64,000 nt of DNA from Patescibacteria group bacterium. GTDB lineage: Bacteria > Patescibacteriota > Patescibacteriia > XYB2-FULL-38-15. Under the pieces are notes generated by a model that saw only the letters and a program-made list of their open reading frames with translations, made no database searches and was not told the origin of the DNA. This document shows positions 41,530-50,671 of the stretch, piece after piece (position 1 is the stretch's first letter; every line of letters starts with the position of its first letter). The stretch covers positions 91,700-155,699 of the forward strand of contig JBGSRW010000008.1 of assembly GCA_041737355.1 (NCBI GenBank). Reading direction: 5' to 3'. The position numbers and the translations under genes were made by a program.

Positions 41530-43221
41530 ATGAAAAACAAAATTCAACAAGCAATAAAAGGCCTGACCTCCGAACCGAAAATTGCCTATTTTACAATGGA
41601 AATCGGCCTCGGCGAGGAAATCCCGACTTACAGCGGCGGGCTTGGGATGTTGGCCGGAGACGCCGTCCGCTCGGCCGCAGATCTTGAACTTCCTTTTGTC
41701 GCGGTAACGCTTCTGAACCGCAAGGGTTACTTCACCCAAAAAATTTCAAAAACCGGCCGGCAAACCGAACAGCCCGTCAACTGGAATCCCAAAAAATATC
41801 TGGTTCCCCTTCCGATAAAAACCGAGGTCAGGATAAAAGGACGAAGAGTCGCCATCCAGCCATGGCTTTACACGATAAAAAGCGCTACCGGCGGACTTGT
41901 CCATGTTTTGTTTTTGGATACCGATCTCAAAGAAAATATTTTAAAAGACAGGCAAATTTCCTATTTTCTTTACGGTGGAGACGCGAAATATCGCTTAAAA
42001 CAAGAAATTGTCCTGGGCATCGGCGGAGTAAAAATTCTCCGGGCCCTCGGAGTGGAAGTAAGAAAATACCACATGAACGAAGGCCATGCCGCTTTTCTGA
42101 CTTTGGAACTTTTACAGACAAATAATTACGATCTCAAAAAAACCCGCCGTTCCTGCGTTTTCACTACCCATACTCCGGTTGCCGCGGGACACGATCAGTT
42201 TGACTATGATCTTGTCCGGGAACAGATGGAACCGCTTGTTGATCCCGCGCTATTAAAAAAACTGGGCGGAAAAGAAAGATTGAACATGACCAAACTCGCT
42301 TTCAATTTGAGCGAATACGTAAACGGCGTTGCCAAAAAACACAGCGAGGTTTCGGAAAAAATGTTCCCCGGATACGAAATCCACGCCATCACAAACGGCG
42401 TTCATTCTTATACCTGGACCCATCCCGCCTTCCGCAAACTTTATGATAAATACATTCCCGGTTGGGCAAACGAACCGGAACTTTTTATCCGGGCGCCGAT
42501 TATTCCCAACGAAAAAATTTGGCAAGCCCGCGATAAGGCGAAAAAAGAATTGATTGATTACGTCAACAGAAAAACAGGAGTTGGGATGAAAAAAGATGTG
42601 TTGACAATCGGTTTTGCCCGCCGCGCCACGGCTTACAAAAGACATAATTTTATTTTTTCCGACCTTGAAAGACTGAAAAATATAAACGAAAAATTTCCCA
42701 TCCAAATAATTTTCGCGGGTAAAGCCCACCCCCAGGACGAGAATGGAAAAAAAATTATTGAAGAGGTTTTTCATAATATACAAAAACTTAAGAAAAAAAT
42801 AAAAATAGTCTACCTTGCCAACTATGATATCGAAATGGCGAAAAAATTGACCTCCGGCTGCGATATTTGGCTTAATACACCCCAACGTCCGATGGAGGCA
42901 TCCGGAACTTCCGGAATGAAGGCGGCCCATAACGGGGTAATCAATTTTTCCATTCTCGACGGCTGGTGGCTCGAAGGATTTGTCGAAGGCGTTACCGGCT
43001 GGTCGATCGGACCGGGACCGGGAGAAAAAATCAACCCGCGGACGGCCGAAAAAAGAGAACTCGGCGATTTGTATAATAAATTGGAGTACACCATTCTTCC
43101 GATGTATTACAACCAACGCGACGAATGGATGAACATGATGGAAAATTCCATCAGTAAAATAGCCTATTATTTTAATACCCATCGCATGATGAGACGTTAT
43201 GTCCTTTATGCCTATCTATAA
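41530..43221 (+). CDS. glgP: Alpha-glucan phosphorylase
   Basis: YSGGLG, NEGH, FTTHTP, FARR, AGKAHP, EASGTSGMK. Confidence 0.95.
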   Translation: MKNKIQQAIKGLTSEPKIAYFTMEIGLGEEIPTYSGGLGMLAGDAVRSAADLELPFVAVTLLNRKGYFTQKISKTGRQTEQPVNWNPKKYLVPLPIKTEVRIKGRRVAIQPWLYTIKSATGGLVHVLFLDTDLKENILKDRQISYFLYGGDAKYRLKQEIVLGIGGVKILRALGVEVRKYHMNEGHAAFLTLELLQTNNYDLKKTRRSCVFTTHTPVAAGHDQFDYDLVREQMEPLVDPALLKKLGGKERLNMTKLAFNLSEYVNGVAKKHSEVSEKMFPGYEIHAITNGVHSYTWTHPAFRKLYDKYIPGWANEPELFIRAPIIPNEKIWQARDKAKKELIDYVNRKTGVGMKKDVLTIGFARRATAYKRHNFIFSDLERLKNINEKFPIQIIFAGKAHPQDENGKKIIEEVFHNIQKLKKKIKIVYLANYDIEMAKKLTSGCDIWLNTPQRPMEASGTSGMKAAHNGVINFSILDGWWLEGFVEGVTGWSIGPGPGEKINPRTAEKRELGDLYNKLEYTILPMYYNQRDEWMNMMENSISKIAYYFNTHRMMRRYVLYAYL

Positions 43222-43225
43222 AAAT

Positions 43226-43933
43226 ATGCAAAAACAGGAATTACAATTAATAAGAAAAAAACCGTCGCTTATCGCTAAATACATCGACCACACGGAAGTT
43301 AACCCAAATTCTACCGCCCAGGACATCAAAAAACTTTGCGCCGAAGCGAAAAAATACAATTTTTATTTAGTGATGGTTTTACCGTATTACGCGCCACTCG
43401 CAAAAAAATTACTCGGCGGAACAAAAATAAAAGTCGGGGTTGTTGTGGGATTTCCATTCGGAGCGCAATGCACCGAGGCAAAACTCGCCGAAATGAGGAA
43501 GGTTTTCCCTTTTGCCGATGAATTAGATTTTGTCATCAACCGACAGGCATTCAAAAATAAGGATTACGGATTTGTCCTCAAGGAATTAAAAACTCTGGCC
43601 AAGGCAAAGGGTGGAAAAGTAATGAAAGTCATTATTGAATCTCCTGAATTAACCGACAAGGAAATCTATAAAGCCTCTCGTCTGGTCTTGGCTTCCGGAG
43701 CAGATTTTGTTAAAACCGCGGTTGGTCTCAAGGCTGGCGCTAAAATTAGTGATGTTAAGATTATGAAAAAAGTCGTTGGCGACAAAATTAGAATCAAGGC
43801 CTCGGGAGGAATCAAGGATTTTAAAACCGCCTTGGCTTTTTTAGCCGCCGGCGCCAATCGCCTCGGAACCTCTCACGGCGTAGAAATTATCGAAGCCGGG
43901 TTCAGCAAGAAAAAAACCTATTTCCACGAATGA
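43226..43933 (+). CDS. deoC: Deoxyribose-phosphate aldolase
   Basis: YIDHT, VVGFPFG, KVIIE, DFVKT, IKASGGI, RLGTS. Confidence 0.93.
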   Translation: MQKQELQLIRKKPSLIAKYIDHTEVNPNSTAQDIKKLCAEAKKYNFYLVMVLPYYAPLAKKLLGGTKIKVGVVVGFPFGAQCTEAKLAEMRKVFPFADELDFVINRQAFKNKDYGFVLKELKTLAKAKGGKVMKVIIESPELTDKEIYKASRLVLASGADFVKTAVGLKAGAKISDVKIMKKVVGDKIRIKASGGIKDFKTALAFLAAGANRLGTSHGVEIIEAGFSKKKTYFHE

Positions 43934-44568
43934 AAACTTTGGTTTTAAAAATAAATCAGAAAAAACCTGAAAAAGATAAAATAATGAAAGCCGCCCAAAT
44001 ATTAAAAATGGGCGGTTTGGTTGCTTTTCCGACGGATACGGTTTACGGCTTGGGCGCGGACGCCACAAATTCAACAGCCGTCGAAAAAATATATAAAGTA
44101 AAAAAAAGACCCTTGACTAAAGCCTTGCCGATTCTTATTGGCGGAAAAAATGACCTGACAAAATATATTTTTGGCGTATCGAAAAAAACAAAAAAAATAG
44201 TCAATAAATTCTGGCCCGGTCCGCTGACAATAATTTTAAAAAAGAAAAAAATAATTTCTAACGTAGTTACCGCCGGAAAAAATTCCGTGGGTATCCGCGT
44301 GCCAGAAAATTCCGTGGCGCTCGCCTTAATCCGCGCTCTAGGCAGACCTCTTGCCACGACTTCGGCAAACATATCGGATAAACCTAGCCCAGCCACCGCC
44401 AGCGTCGCAAAAAAATATCTGAATAACAAAATTGACCTTATCCTGGATGGCGGAAAAACAAAACTCGGCGTAGAGTCCACTGTTTTGGATTGTACCACTT
44501 CACCGCCAACTCTTCTCCGCCCCGGACCGATCCCGCCGGAAGAGATCAAAAAAATATTACAAAAGTAA
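43930..44568 (+). CDS. tsaC: L-threonylcarbamoyladenylate synthase (TsaC/Sua5)
   Basis: FPTDTVYGL, WPGPLT, TSANIS, STVLD. Confidence 0.95.
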   Translation: MKTLVLKINQKKPEKDKIMKAAQILKMGGLVAFPTDTVYGLGADATNSTAVEKIYKVKKRPLTKALPILIGGKNDLTKYIFGVSKKTKKIVNKFWPGPLTIILKKKKIISNVVTAGKNSVGIRVPENSVALALIRALGRPLATTSANISDKPSPATASVAKKYLNNKIDLILDGGKTKLGVESTVLDCTTSPPTLLRPGPIPPEEIKKILQK

Positions 44569-44618
44569 GAACGTAAAAACGAGCCGAATGGCCCGTTTTA
44601 AAAATATATTTTTTATAT

Positions 44619-45320
44619 TTAATCATCCTCGAACTCCCCGCCTCCGCTCTGAACCGGCTGACCTTGGATATTTTGAATTATTTGCCCCGAAACCGTCCCG
44701 CCGACATCTCCCAAATAAAATGAATTTAAAAGATCTGCGGCGTTTTGCGAATGTGGCCGGCCCCTGTCTTTTGTCGCGAAACCTTGCGAGCCATCCTTGC
44801 CGCAATACGGAGTCATTGTCCCCGCCCCGCTGGGATGAGCCATAAGATAATTTGTCAGATCGTATACTTTTCCGTCAATTATCATCCAACAATCGCCAGC
44901 CAAATTATGCTTAGCTATTTCTTCGACAGTTAAATTAATATTGCTCGTACCGACTGCCACAGCATCGGATTTTAGAGCTCCCATATTGACGACGGCACTC
45001 GCAGGATTTTTTGCCAGATAGAACCAGCCGAAAGAAACAAAAAAACTTGTCCAGATGATGCCAAAAATTATTTTCAAATATCTGTAATTTAAAAATTTAT
45101 GCCGCATCATCAGACTGAAAAGGCCTAAGAGCGAATGAAGATAAAAAAGCGGCGCGAAGACGAGCGGAATAATTATCGTGTGGACGTAATAAGAAAAATT
45201 ATATCCAAGCCAGGGAAATAAAAAATATTTGGTCGTGGAAAAACCAGACATTAAAGTAAGAAGTGTCGCCAAAACCAAAAGCCATGCGCTGGCTCGCAAG
45301 ACCTTAAAAACAAGGACCAT
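44619..45320 (-). CDS. Membrane protein with a cytochrome b5-like heme-binding domain
   Basis: Three TM segments; KHN...DCWMIIDGKVYDLT, HPSG, GKD...HS. Confidence 0.85.
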   Translation of the reverse strand: MVLVFKVLRASAWLLVLATLLTLMSGFSTTKYFLFPWLGYNFSYYVHTIIIPLVFAPLFYLHSLLGLFSLMMRHKFLNYRYLKIIFGIIWTSFFVSFGWFYLAKNPASAVVNMGALKSDAVAVGTSNINLTVEEIAKHNLAGDCWMIIDGKVYDLTNYLMAHPSGAGTMTPYCGKDGSQGFATKDRGRPHSQNAADLLNSFYLGDVGGTVSGQIIQNIQGQPVQSGGGEFEDD

Positions 45321-45323
45321 AAT

Positions 45324-45638
45324 CTATTTCAAAATAATATTTATAACAAACGCAATCACGGTTACAATGCACAGGGCAGCGGCCGTGCAAAGAAGCATTT
45401 CAACCGCTTCTTTTTTTAAATTGTTCAGCCAAAGATAAACTGGCCGGCCGAAAACCAAAAGCCCGGTTACCAAAGCGGAAAAAACAAAAAGTAGAAGAAA
45501 GGCGACCGGTCCCCAAAAATTTTGCATCTGGCCGAAAATTCTTTCGCCGTTCGTCAGAACCCAGGCTACTGCCATTACATAAATAAAAACTCCGAGCGCG
45601 TTAACTAACGGCCAAAGCAAAATTTTTTTATTTTTCAT
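45324..45638 (-). CDS. Hypothetical 3-TM protein
   Basis: Hydrophobic ORF in an operon. Confidence 0.7.
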   Translation of the reverse strand: MKNKKILLWPLVNALGVFIYVMAVAWVLTNGERIFGQMQNFWGPVAFLLLFVFSALVTGLLVFGRPVYLWLNNLKKEAVEMLLCTAAALCIVTVIAFVINIILK

Positions 45639-45650
45639 AAAGTTTATTTA

Positions 45651-45899
45651 TTATTTTTTCTCTACCACTAAGGTGCACTTTGTTAAAATACCGGCGATAG
45701 CACCTACGGCGGCCAGGACCGGAACGAGTACCGCGCCGACTACGGCAAAAGTAAGAGGAATTTCCACGATCGTTTCTTCTTTTTCATTTTTGACGATAAT
45801 TCTCCTGGCATTCCCCTCTTTTATTATCTCTTTAACTTTCACCAGTATCTCTTCTCCGGAAACTCTGAATTCTTCCCTGTTTGTATTTTGCTCTGCCAT
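45651..45899 (-). CDS. DUF4342-like protein
   Basis: VKEIIKEGNARRIIVK, EIPLT, hydrophobic stretch, CTLVVE. Confidence 0.85.
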   Translation of the reverse strand: MAEQNTNREEFRVSGEEILVKVKEIIKEGNARRIIVKNEKEETIVEIPLTFAVVGAVLVPVLAAVGAIAGILTKCTLVVEKK

Positions 45900-45907
45900 A
45901 ATAGGAT

Positions 45908-46174
45908 TTATTTATTTATTTTATCTCTTGAATCAAATTTTATCGTCAGAATCGTACCCAGAAAAGCGCCCATTGCCGCTGGTATTAGATACCATTGGTT
46001 GCCAACGTAAGCGACAATCACGAGACCGCCGACCAGTATGAGTATCGATGAAGAAAAAGCGGCAGACAGTGCTTTGCCTGAACTTGTCCGGCGAATATAG
46101 AAAACCCAAATTATATCCGAAACTGTAGTCGCGAGAAAAACCAATACGGCTTCAAAAAAATTAAAATTACCCAT
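45908..46174 (-). CDS. Hypothetical small membrane protein
   Basis: Three hydrophobic segments, GAFLGT. Confidence 0.7.
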   Translation of the reverse strand: MGNFNFFEAVLVFLATTVSDIIWVFYIRRTSSGKALSAAFSSSILILVGGLVIVAYVGNQWYLIPAAMGAFLGTILTIKFDSRDKINK

Positions 46175-46188
46175 AAAAAATAATTTTT

Positions 46189-47559
46189 CTAAAAATTATT
46201 GGGACGGGGAGAATTTCTTCCGGATCCTCCTCCTGCCCTCCGCGCCTGCCCTCTTCTCGGGGAAAAACGACCCTGCGGACGCTGACCCCTTCGGTCTTGA
46301 CCGCGGCTTTGATAGCGGGCGGGACGCCTTCTCTCGAAAAAACCAAAGGCGGAGCCTTCCGGCCGCTGTTCCGGAAATGATCTTCGGCCAGGTTGTGACA
46401 TCGGCACAAATTTAGGCTGCCGTTTGGGCGGTAATTCCGGCAGCGAAGAAATCGGCAAAGTTTTTCTTATTAAACGTTCAATATCGCGTACTTCTCTGCG
46501 CTGCTCCGGTGTCACCAAAGAAATTGCATGACCGGAAACCCCGGCTCTCGCCGTGCGGCCGATCCGATGTACGTAGTCTTCAGCATTGGTTGGCAAGTCG
46601 TAATTTATAACCAATTCAATACCCGTGACATCAATGCCGCGGGAAGCTATGTCGGTAGCAATTAAAACCCGGTATTTACCCGATTTAAAGCCGGCCAGAG
46701 CGTCTTTGCGCTGAAAAAGAGAACGATCAGAATGAATTTCGGCTGCCGCGGGCCCCATGTCTCTGATTGCTTTTGTAAGTCTCTTAGCTCCGTATCTTGT
46801 CCTAGTAAAAATAAGCGTTGGACCCAAATATTGCCCTAAAAGTTTTTCTACCAGCCTGTTTTTATCATCTTTGGAAATAATAAATATTTCCTGAGTTAAA
46901 TGTTCGGCGATTGATCCGGTCGGTGCGACTTCAATGCGAATCGGCAATTTTAAAAAACTGGTCGCCATTTTCATAATTTCCGGAGGAATAGTTGCGGAAA
47001 AAAGCATTGTTTGGCGTTCAGCGGGCAGTTCCTGAAATATCTTTTTTATTTGCGGAGCGAAACCCATATCTAGCATGCGATCAGCTTCGTCTAAAACAAC
47101 TATTTTGGTGTTTCTCAACCGCACCGTTCTTTGGTTAATATGATCATTCAGCCGGCCGGGTGTGGCAATAATAATATGCGGTCTGTGTTTCAGCGCCTGG
47201 ATTTGGGGATTTATTGGCGTACCGCCGATAAGCACCGCTGTTTTTAGACCAAGTCTTGCTCCCACCTGTTTTAATGCTTCGTCAACCTGGATTGCCAATT
47301 CGCGGGTAGGTAAAACTACCAGTCCGTTACCTTTAACCTGGTTCAAGCGCTGAATCATGGGTATGCCAAAAGCCAGGGTCTTACCCGTGCCTGTCTGAGC
47401 GACACCGATTAGATCTTTTCCCTGCAAAGCTACGGGGATTGCCTGACGCTGAATCGCGGTCGGCGTTTGAAAATTTAATCTGGCTAATACTCCCATCAGG
47501 CTGGACGCAATGCCAAGCCCTGAAAAATTCTGGCTGGATGATTGTTGATTTGAATTCAT
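46189..47559 (-). CDS. DEAD-box RNA helicase
   Basis: Q motif, AQTGTGKT, PTRELA, DEAD, SAT, HRIGRTAR; Arg/Gly tail; start moved to ATG 47559 (the longer ORF overlaps a tRNA). Confidence 0.96.
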   Translation of the reverse strand: MNSNQQSSSQNFSGLGIASSLMGVLARLNFQTPTAIQRQAIPVALQGKDLIGVAQTGTGKTLAFGIPMIQRLNQVKGNGLVVLPTRELAIQVDEALKQVGARLGLKTAVLIGGTPINPQIQALKHRPHIIIATPGRLNDHINQRTVRLRNTKIVVLDEADRMLDMGFAPQIKKIFQELPAERQTMLFSATIPPEIMKMATSFLKLPIRIEVAPTGSIAEHLTQEIFIISKDDKNRLVEKLLGQYLGPTLIFTRTRYGAKRLTKAIRDMGPAAAEIHSDRSLFQRKDALAGFKSGKYRVLIATDIASRGIDVTGIELVINYDLPTNAEDYVHRIGRTARAGVSGHAISLVTPEQRREVRDIERLIRKTLPISSLPELPPKRQPKFVPMSQPGRRSFPEQRPEGSAFGFFERRRPARYQSRGQDRRGQRPQGRFSPRRGQARRAGGGSGRNSPRPNNF

Positions 47560-47572
47560 AAAAATTGAAAAT

Positions 47573-47660
47573 TGGCGGAGAGGGCGAGATTCGAACTCGC
47601 GATACCTTGCGGTATGCACGCTTTCCAAGCGTGTGCACTAGGCCACTATGCGACCTCTCC
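47573..47660 (-). tRNA. tRNA-Ser(GGA)
   Basis: GGAGAGG...CACGC TTGGAAA GCGTG, long variable arm, GCGAG TTCGAAT CTCGC, ends GCCA. Confidence 0.97.
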
Positions 47661-47746
47661 ATTTTTTAAATTCTACCTTAAATTGCTCTAAAAATCAAAC
47701 CCCCGCCAGATTTCCGGCGGGGGGTCTTATCAATTACGCCTAATTG

Positions 47747-48502
47747 TTATAATTTTCCGTCGATAATCTGTTTGAACTGTTCAATCGGTAAGGCGCCGGA
47801 AACTAGTTCGCCGTTCACAAAAGTCGCAGGTGTTCCTTCCACTCCGGCTGTGCTGCCGCCTGCCGCCATCTGGCCGACCTTGTCGGCATATTTCCCGGAA
47901 TCAAGACAATCGTTGAACTTGCTGGTATTGAGTTTCAAATTCTTGGCTTCTTCTTTCCATTTGGCCACACTCATTGTCCCGGCCGTGTTTGCCGCAAAAA
48001 TTTTGTCATGCATTTCCCAGAATTTTCCCTGCTCCGCAGCACATTCAGAGGCTTCCGCGGCCTTTTGTGCTTCCGGATGAAAGGACAGCGGGAAATGGCG
48101 GAAGATTATTTTAACTTTGTTTCCGTAAGCCTTATAAATTTCATCCATTGTGTCATTATGCCTCGAACAGTAAGGACATTGAAAATCAGAATACTCAATT
48201 AAGGTTACTTTGGCATTGTTACCGCCCTTAACGTGATCATCACCAGTAATAGGGGGAACTTCTCCGGCGGGTGTCGGTTCCTGATTCACTGCCGCCTGGT
48301 TGGTGTTTGCGTTAGAATTTACCGAATTTACGTTGGTATTTTTCGATCCTGATAAACCCTGTCCAGCAGACATAAGAACAAACAGACCGATCAGGGCCAA
48401 AACGCTTGTTCCGGAAATACCGCTCATCAAACCAAGAACAAACGACGTCCTTCTTGTGCCACGGACCATATCCACGCCATTGTTTTGCATTTCTTCGTTC
48501 AT
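47747..48502 (-). CDS. DsbA-family thioredoxin, membrane anchored
   Basis: EYSDFQCPYC, RHFPL, GTP. Confidence 0.93.
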   Translation of the reverse strand: MNEEMQNNGVDMVRGTRRTSFVLGLMSGISGTSVLALIGLFVLMSAGQGLSGSKNTNVNSVNSNANTNQAAVNQEPTPAGEVPPITGDDHVKGGNNAKVTLIEYSDFQCPYCSRHNDTMDEIYKAYGNKVKIIFRHFPLSFHPEAQKAAEASECAAEQGKFWEMHDKIFAANTAGTMSVAKWKEEAKNLKLNTSKFNDCLDSGKYADKVGQMAAGGSTAGVEGTPATFVNGELVSGALPIEQFKQIIDGKL

Positions 48503-48564
48503 AAATAATTTAATAAATTAAGATTTAAATGTTTAGAGAATTATATTACCAAAAAATAACACTG

Positions 48565-49338
48565 TCAAGCTATATTTTCCGAAACTGGACGATGTCTTCC
48601 GCATTTATAAAAAATAAACAAACCTAGCAATAGCAAACCCAAAGACACGTACTGAGCCAGGGTTAACCCGAAATATCTTGGATCAGCCCCCGCGGAATTC
48701 TCTATCCGCAAGAAATCAAGAAAGAATCTTATTATGCCGTAAAAAACGGAAAAAACCGCCAAATAAAATCCGGGAAACCGTGCCTTGCGGTTGAAAATTA
48801 AAAACACCAGAAAAATAATCAGTCCAGCCAACGAATCATACAAACCCAAATCGTGCCTTACTCCGTCGGAATAAGCTACGCCCAGAAAAAAATTAGTTTT
48901 GATTCCCGGGTGATCATGAATCAAAAAACATCCCAACCGGCCGATAAAAAGACCCAACGGCAATCCCAAAATGGAGGCGTCGGCGTATTGCCAAAAATTA
49001 AGTTTATTTTTTTTAAAATAAACTATCGCTGCAAGAACTGCGCCAATAAATCCGCCATAAATTGACATTCCCCCTTGCCATAATTTTAAAATATCGAGCG
49101 GCGCGGCAAGATAAATATTCAAGTGTTCAGCGACGTAAAACAGTCGTCCGCCGATCATTGAAAACAAAATTATCCAGAAGGCTAAATCATAAACCCGGCT
49201 AGCTTCCATTTTTCTTTTTTTCAATTCAAAATAAGACGCGGCCATGCCCGCCATAAATCCGAGCGAAACAAGCATGCCCCAAACATTCAATTTTACGAAT
49301 CCAACTTCTATTGATTGTATTTGAAACCATGGAATCAT
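48565..49338 (-). CDS. lgt: Prolipoprotein diacylglyceryl transferase
   Basis: GGRLFYV, WQGGMSIYGG, IGRLGCF, RFFLDFLR. Confidence 0.88.
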   Translation of the reverse strand: MIPWFQIQSIEVGFVKLNVWGMLVSLGFMAGMAASYFELKKRKMEASRVYDLAFWIILFSMIGGRLFYVAEHLNIYLAAPLDILKLWQGGMSIYGGFIGAVLAAIVYFKKNKLNFWQYADASILGLPLGLFIGRLGCFLIHDHPGIKTNFFLGVAYSDGVRHDLGLYDSLAGLIIFLVFLIFNRKARFPGFYLAVFSVFYGIIRFFLDFLRIENSAGADPRYFGLTLAQYVSLGLLLLGLFIFYKCGRHRPVSENIA

Positions 49339-49375
49339 ACTCGAAAATTTCTAATTCCTCATTTCTAATATCTAA

Positions 49376-50053
49376 TTATATTTTTCCTAAAATCATCAAA
49401 ACGCCTAGCGTTAATGATCCGACACCCAGAACCAATCTCAGCCACTTCCTGTTTTTATTCCGCCACTCCTCCATCTGCTTGGCTGATATGCCAAAATAAA
49501 CCAAACCAAGAATAATAAAAAGCGGCAAAACGAAAATTAAATTGTACAAAAGCAAGTATGGAACCGCGGAAAGCTGGTTTTCTTTGTTAGCTAGCATCCC
49601 CAAAACCGCAAGATATACTCCTCCGGTGCAGGGTAACTCAAAGGCCGAAACTAAAAAACCAAGAATAATTGCCGAGGGAATCGAGGCCTGCCTGACGTAC
49701 TTTTGGATCAGAGGTTTTTTTGATTCGGGAATAGACAAAGTAAAACCTTTCCCGTACCAAAAAAAATCCTTAACGTTGACGAGCCCAACAAAAATTAAAA
49801 CTACTGCCGCAATTTTGTAAATAATATAAGCAACATTCAATGCCGTTAAAGCCCGTAACAAACCGAATCCCGCCATAAAGTAAACTATGAAAACCGTAAA
49901 AATGTAAACCAGGCCAACTTTTAAAATCAACTTTGGCGAACCAATGGCTAGAAGATAACCCAATAGAAAGATAAGAACCGCGAAAGCGCAAGGATTAATT
50001 GAATCTATCGCCGCTCCTCCGATAAGGGCCGGGATTGTTAATTGTTCAAACAC
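49376..50053 (-). CDS. CcdA/DsbD-like transmembrane electron transporter
   Basis: DSINPCAF and ELPCTG cysteine pair, six TM segments. Confidence 0.85.
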   Translation of the reverse strand: MFEQLTIPALIGGAAIDSINPCAFAVLIFLLGYLLAIGSPKLILKVGLVYIFTVFIVYFMAGFGLLRALTALNVAYIIYKIAAVVLIFVGLVNVKDFFWYGKGFTLSIPESKKPLIQKYVRQASIPSAIILGFLVSAFELPCTGGVYLAVLGMLANKENQLSAVPYLLLYNLIFVLPLFIILGLVYFGISAKQMEEWRNKNRKWLRLVLGVGSLTLGVLMILGKI

Positions 50054-50057
50054 TATT

Positions 50058-50612
50058 TTAAGTTTTATTTTTTATAATATAAATTATCCCGATTAAACCG
50101 GCAGCTGCAATAAAACCAATAACAATCCATCCGACCATTTCGTTTTTTTTCTGGCTTCCGGACGATGATTGATTGGTGTCCGCGTTTTCACTAGTATTTA
50201 TAACCGTATTTGTATTTGCACTGCCAGATTCAAGCTTATCCGCTGGAGAAATGCATCCTTCTTCGGAACACTTTATCACGGCATTTTTGAGTGCTTCGTA
50301 GGCCTGGCCCCTAATTGCTTCTTCTCCGATAAAAAGAGTTGGCACTCCCTCCGCGTCCGATCCATAAGCCGCCGCCATCCGGCCAAAAAGATCCTGGTTT
50401 TCACTATTGAAATAAACCTCGAAATCTTTGATTATCAGATTGGGGTAATCAGCTTTTAACCCATCGAGATAACTTTTCATCCTGGCGCAGTGCGGACAGC
50501 CCTGACCTTCAAAAAAATACAACTCAACCGGTTTTCCGGCGGCGGAAACGGCAACCGGCAGTGCTAGGAAAAAAATAAACGCAACTATTAAATTTCTTTT
50601 AAAATTAAACAT
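50058..50612 (-). CDS. Exported thioredoxin/glutaredoxin-fold protein
   Basis: Signal peptide, GCPHC, GVP, C-terminal TM segment. Confidence 0.85.
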   Translation of the reverse strand: MFNFKRNLIVAFIFFLALPVAVSAAGKPVELYFFEGQGCPHCARMKSYLDGLKADYPNLIIKDFEVYFNSENQDLFGRMAAAYGSDAEGVPTLFIGEEAIRGQAYEALKNAVIKCSEEGCISPADKLESGSANTNTVINTSENADTNQSSSGSQKKNEMVGWIVIGFIAAAGLIGIIYIIKNKT

Positions 50613-50671
50613 ATTTTGTAATTTTACAGGGAAATAGCCAATTAGTCAAAATACTGAAAAACGCCCAGACT

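Noticed and set aside
42253-43182. 309-aa antisense ORF, plus many shorter antisense ORFs in clpB, atp, copA, secD and secA
   Set aside because: Shadow frames of well-supported genes
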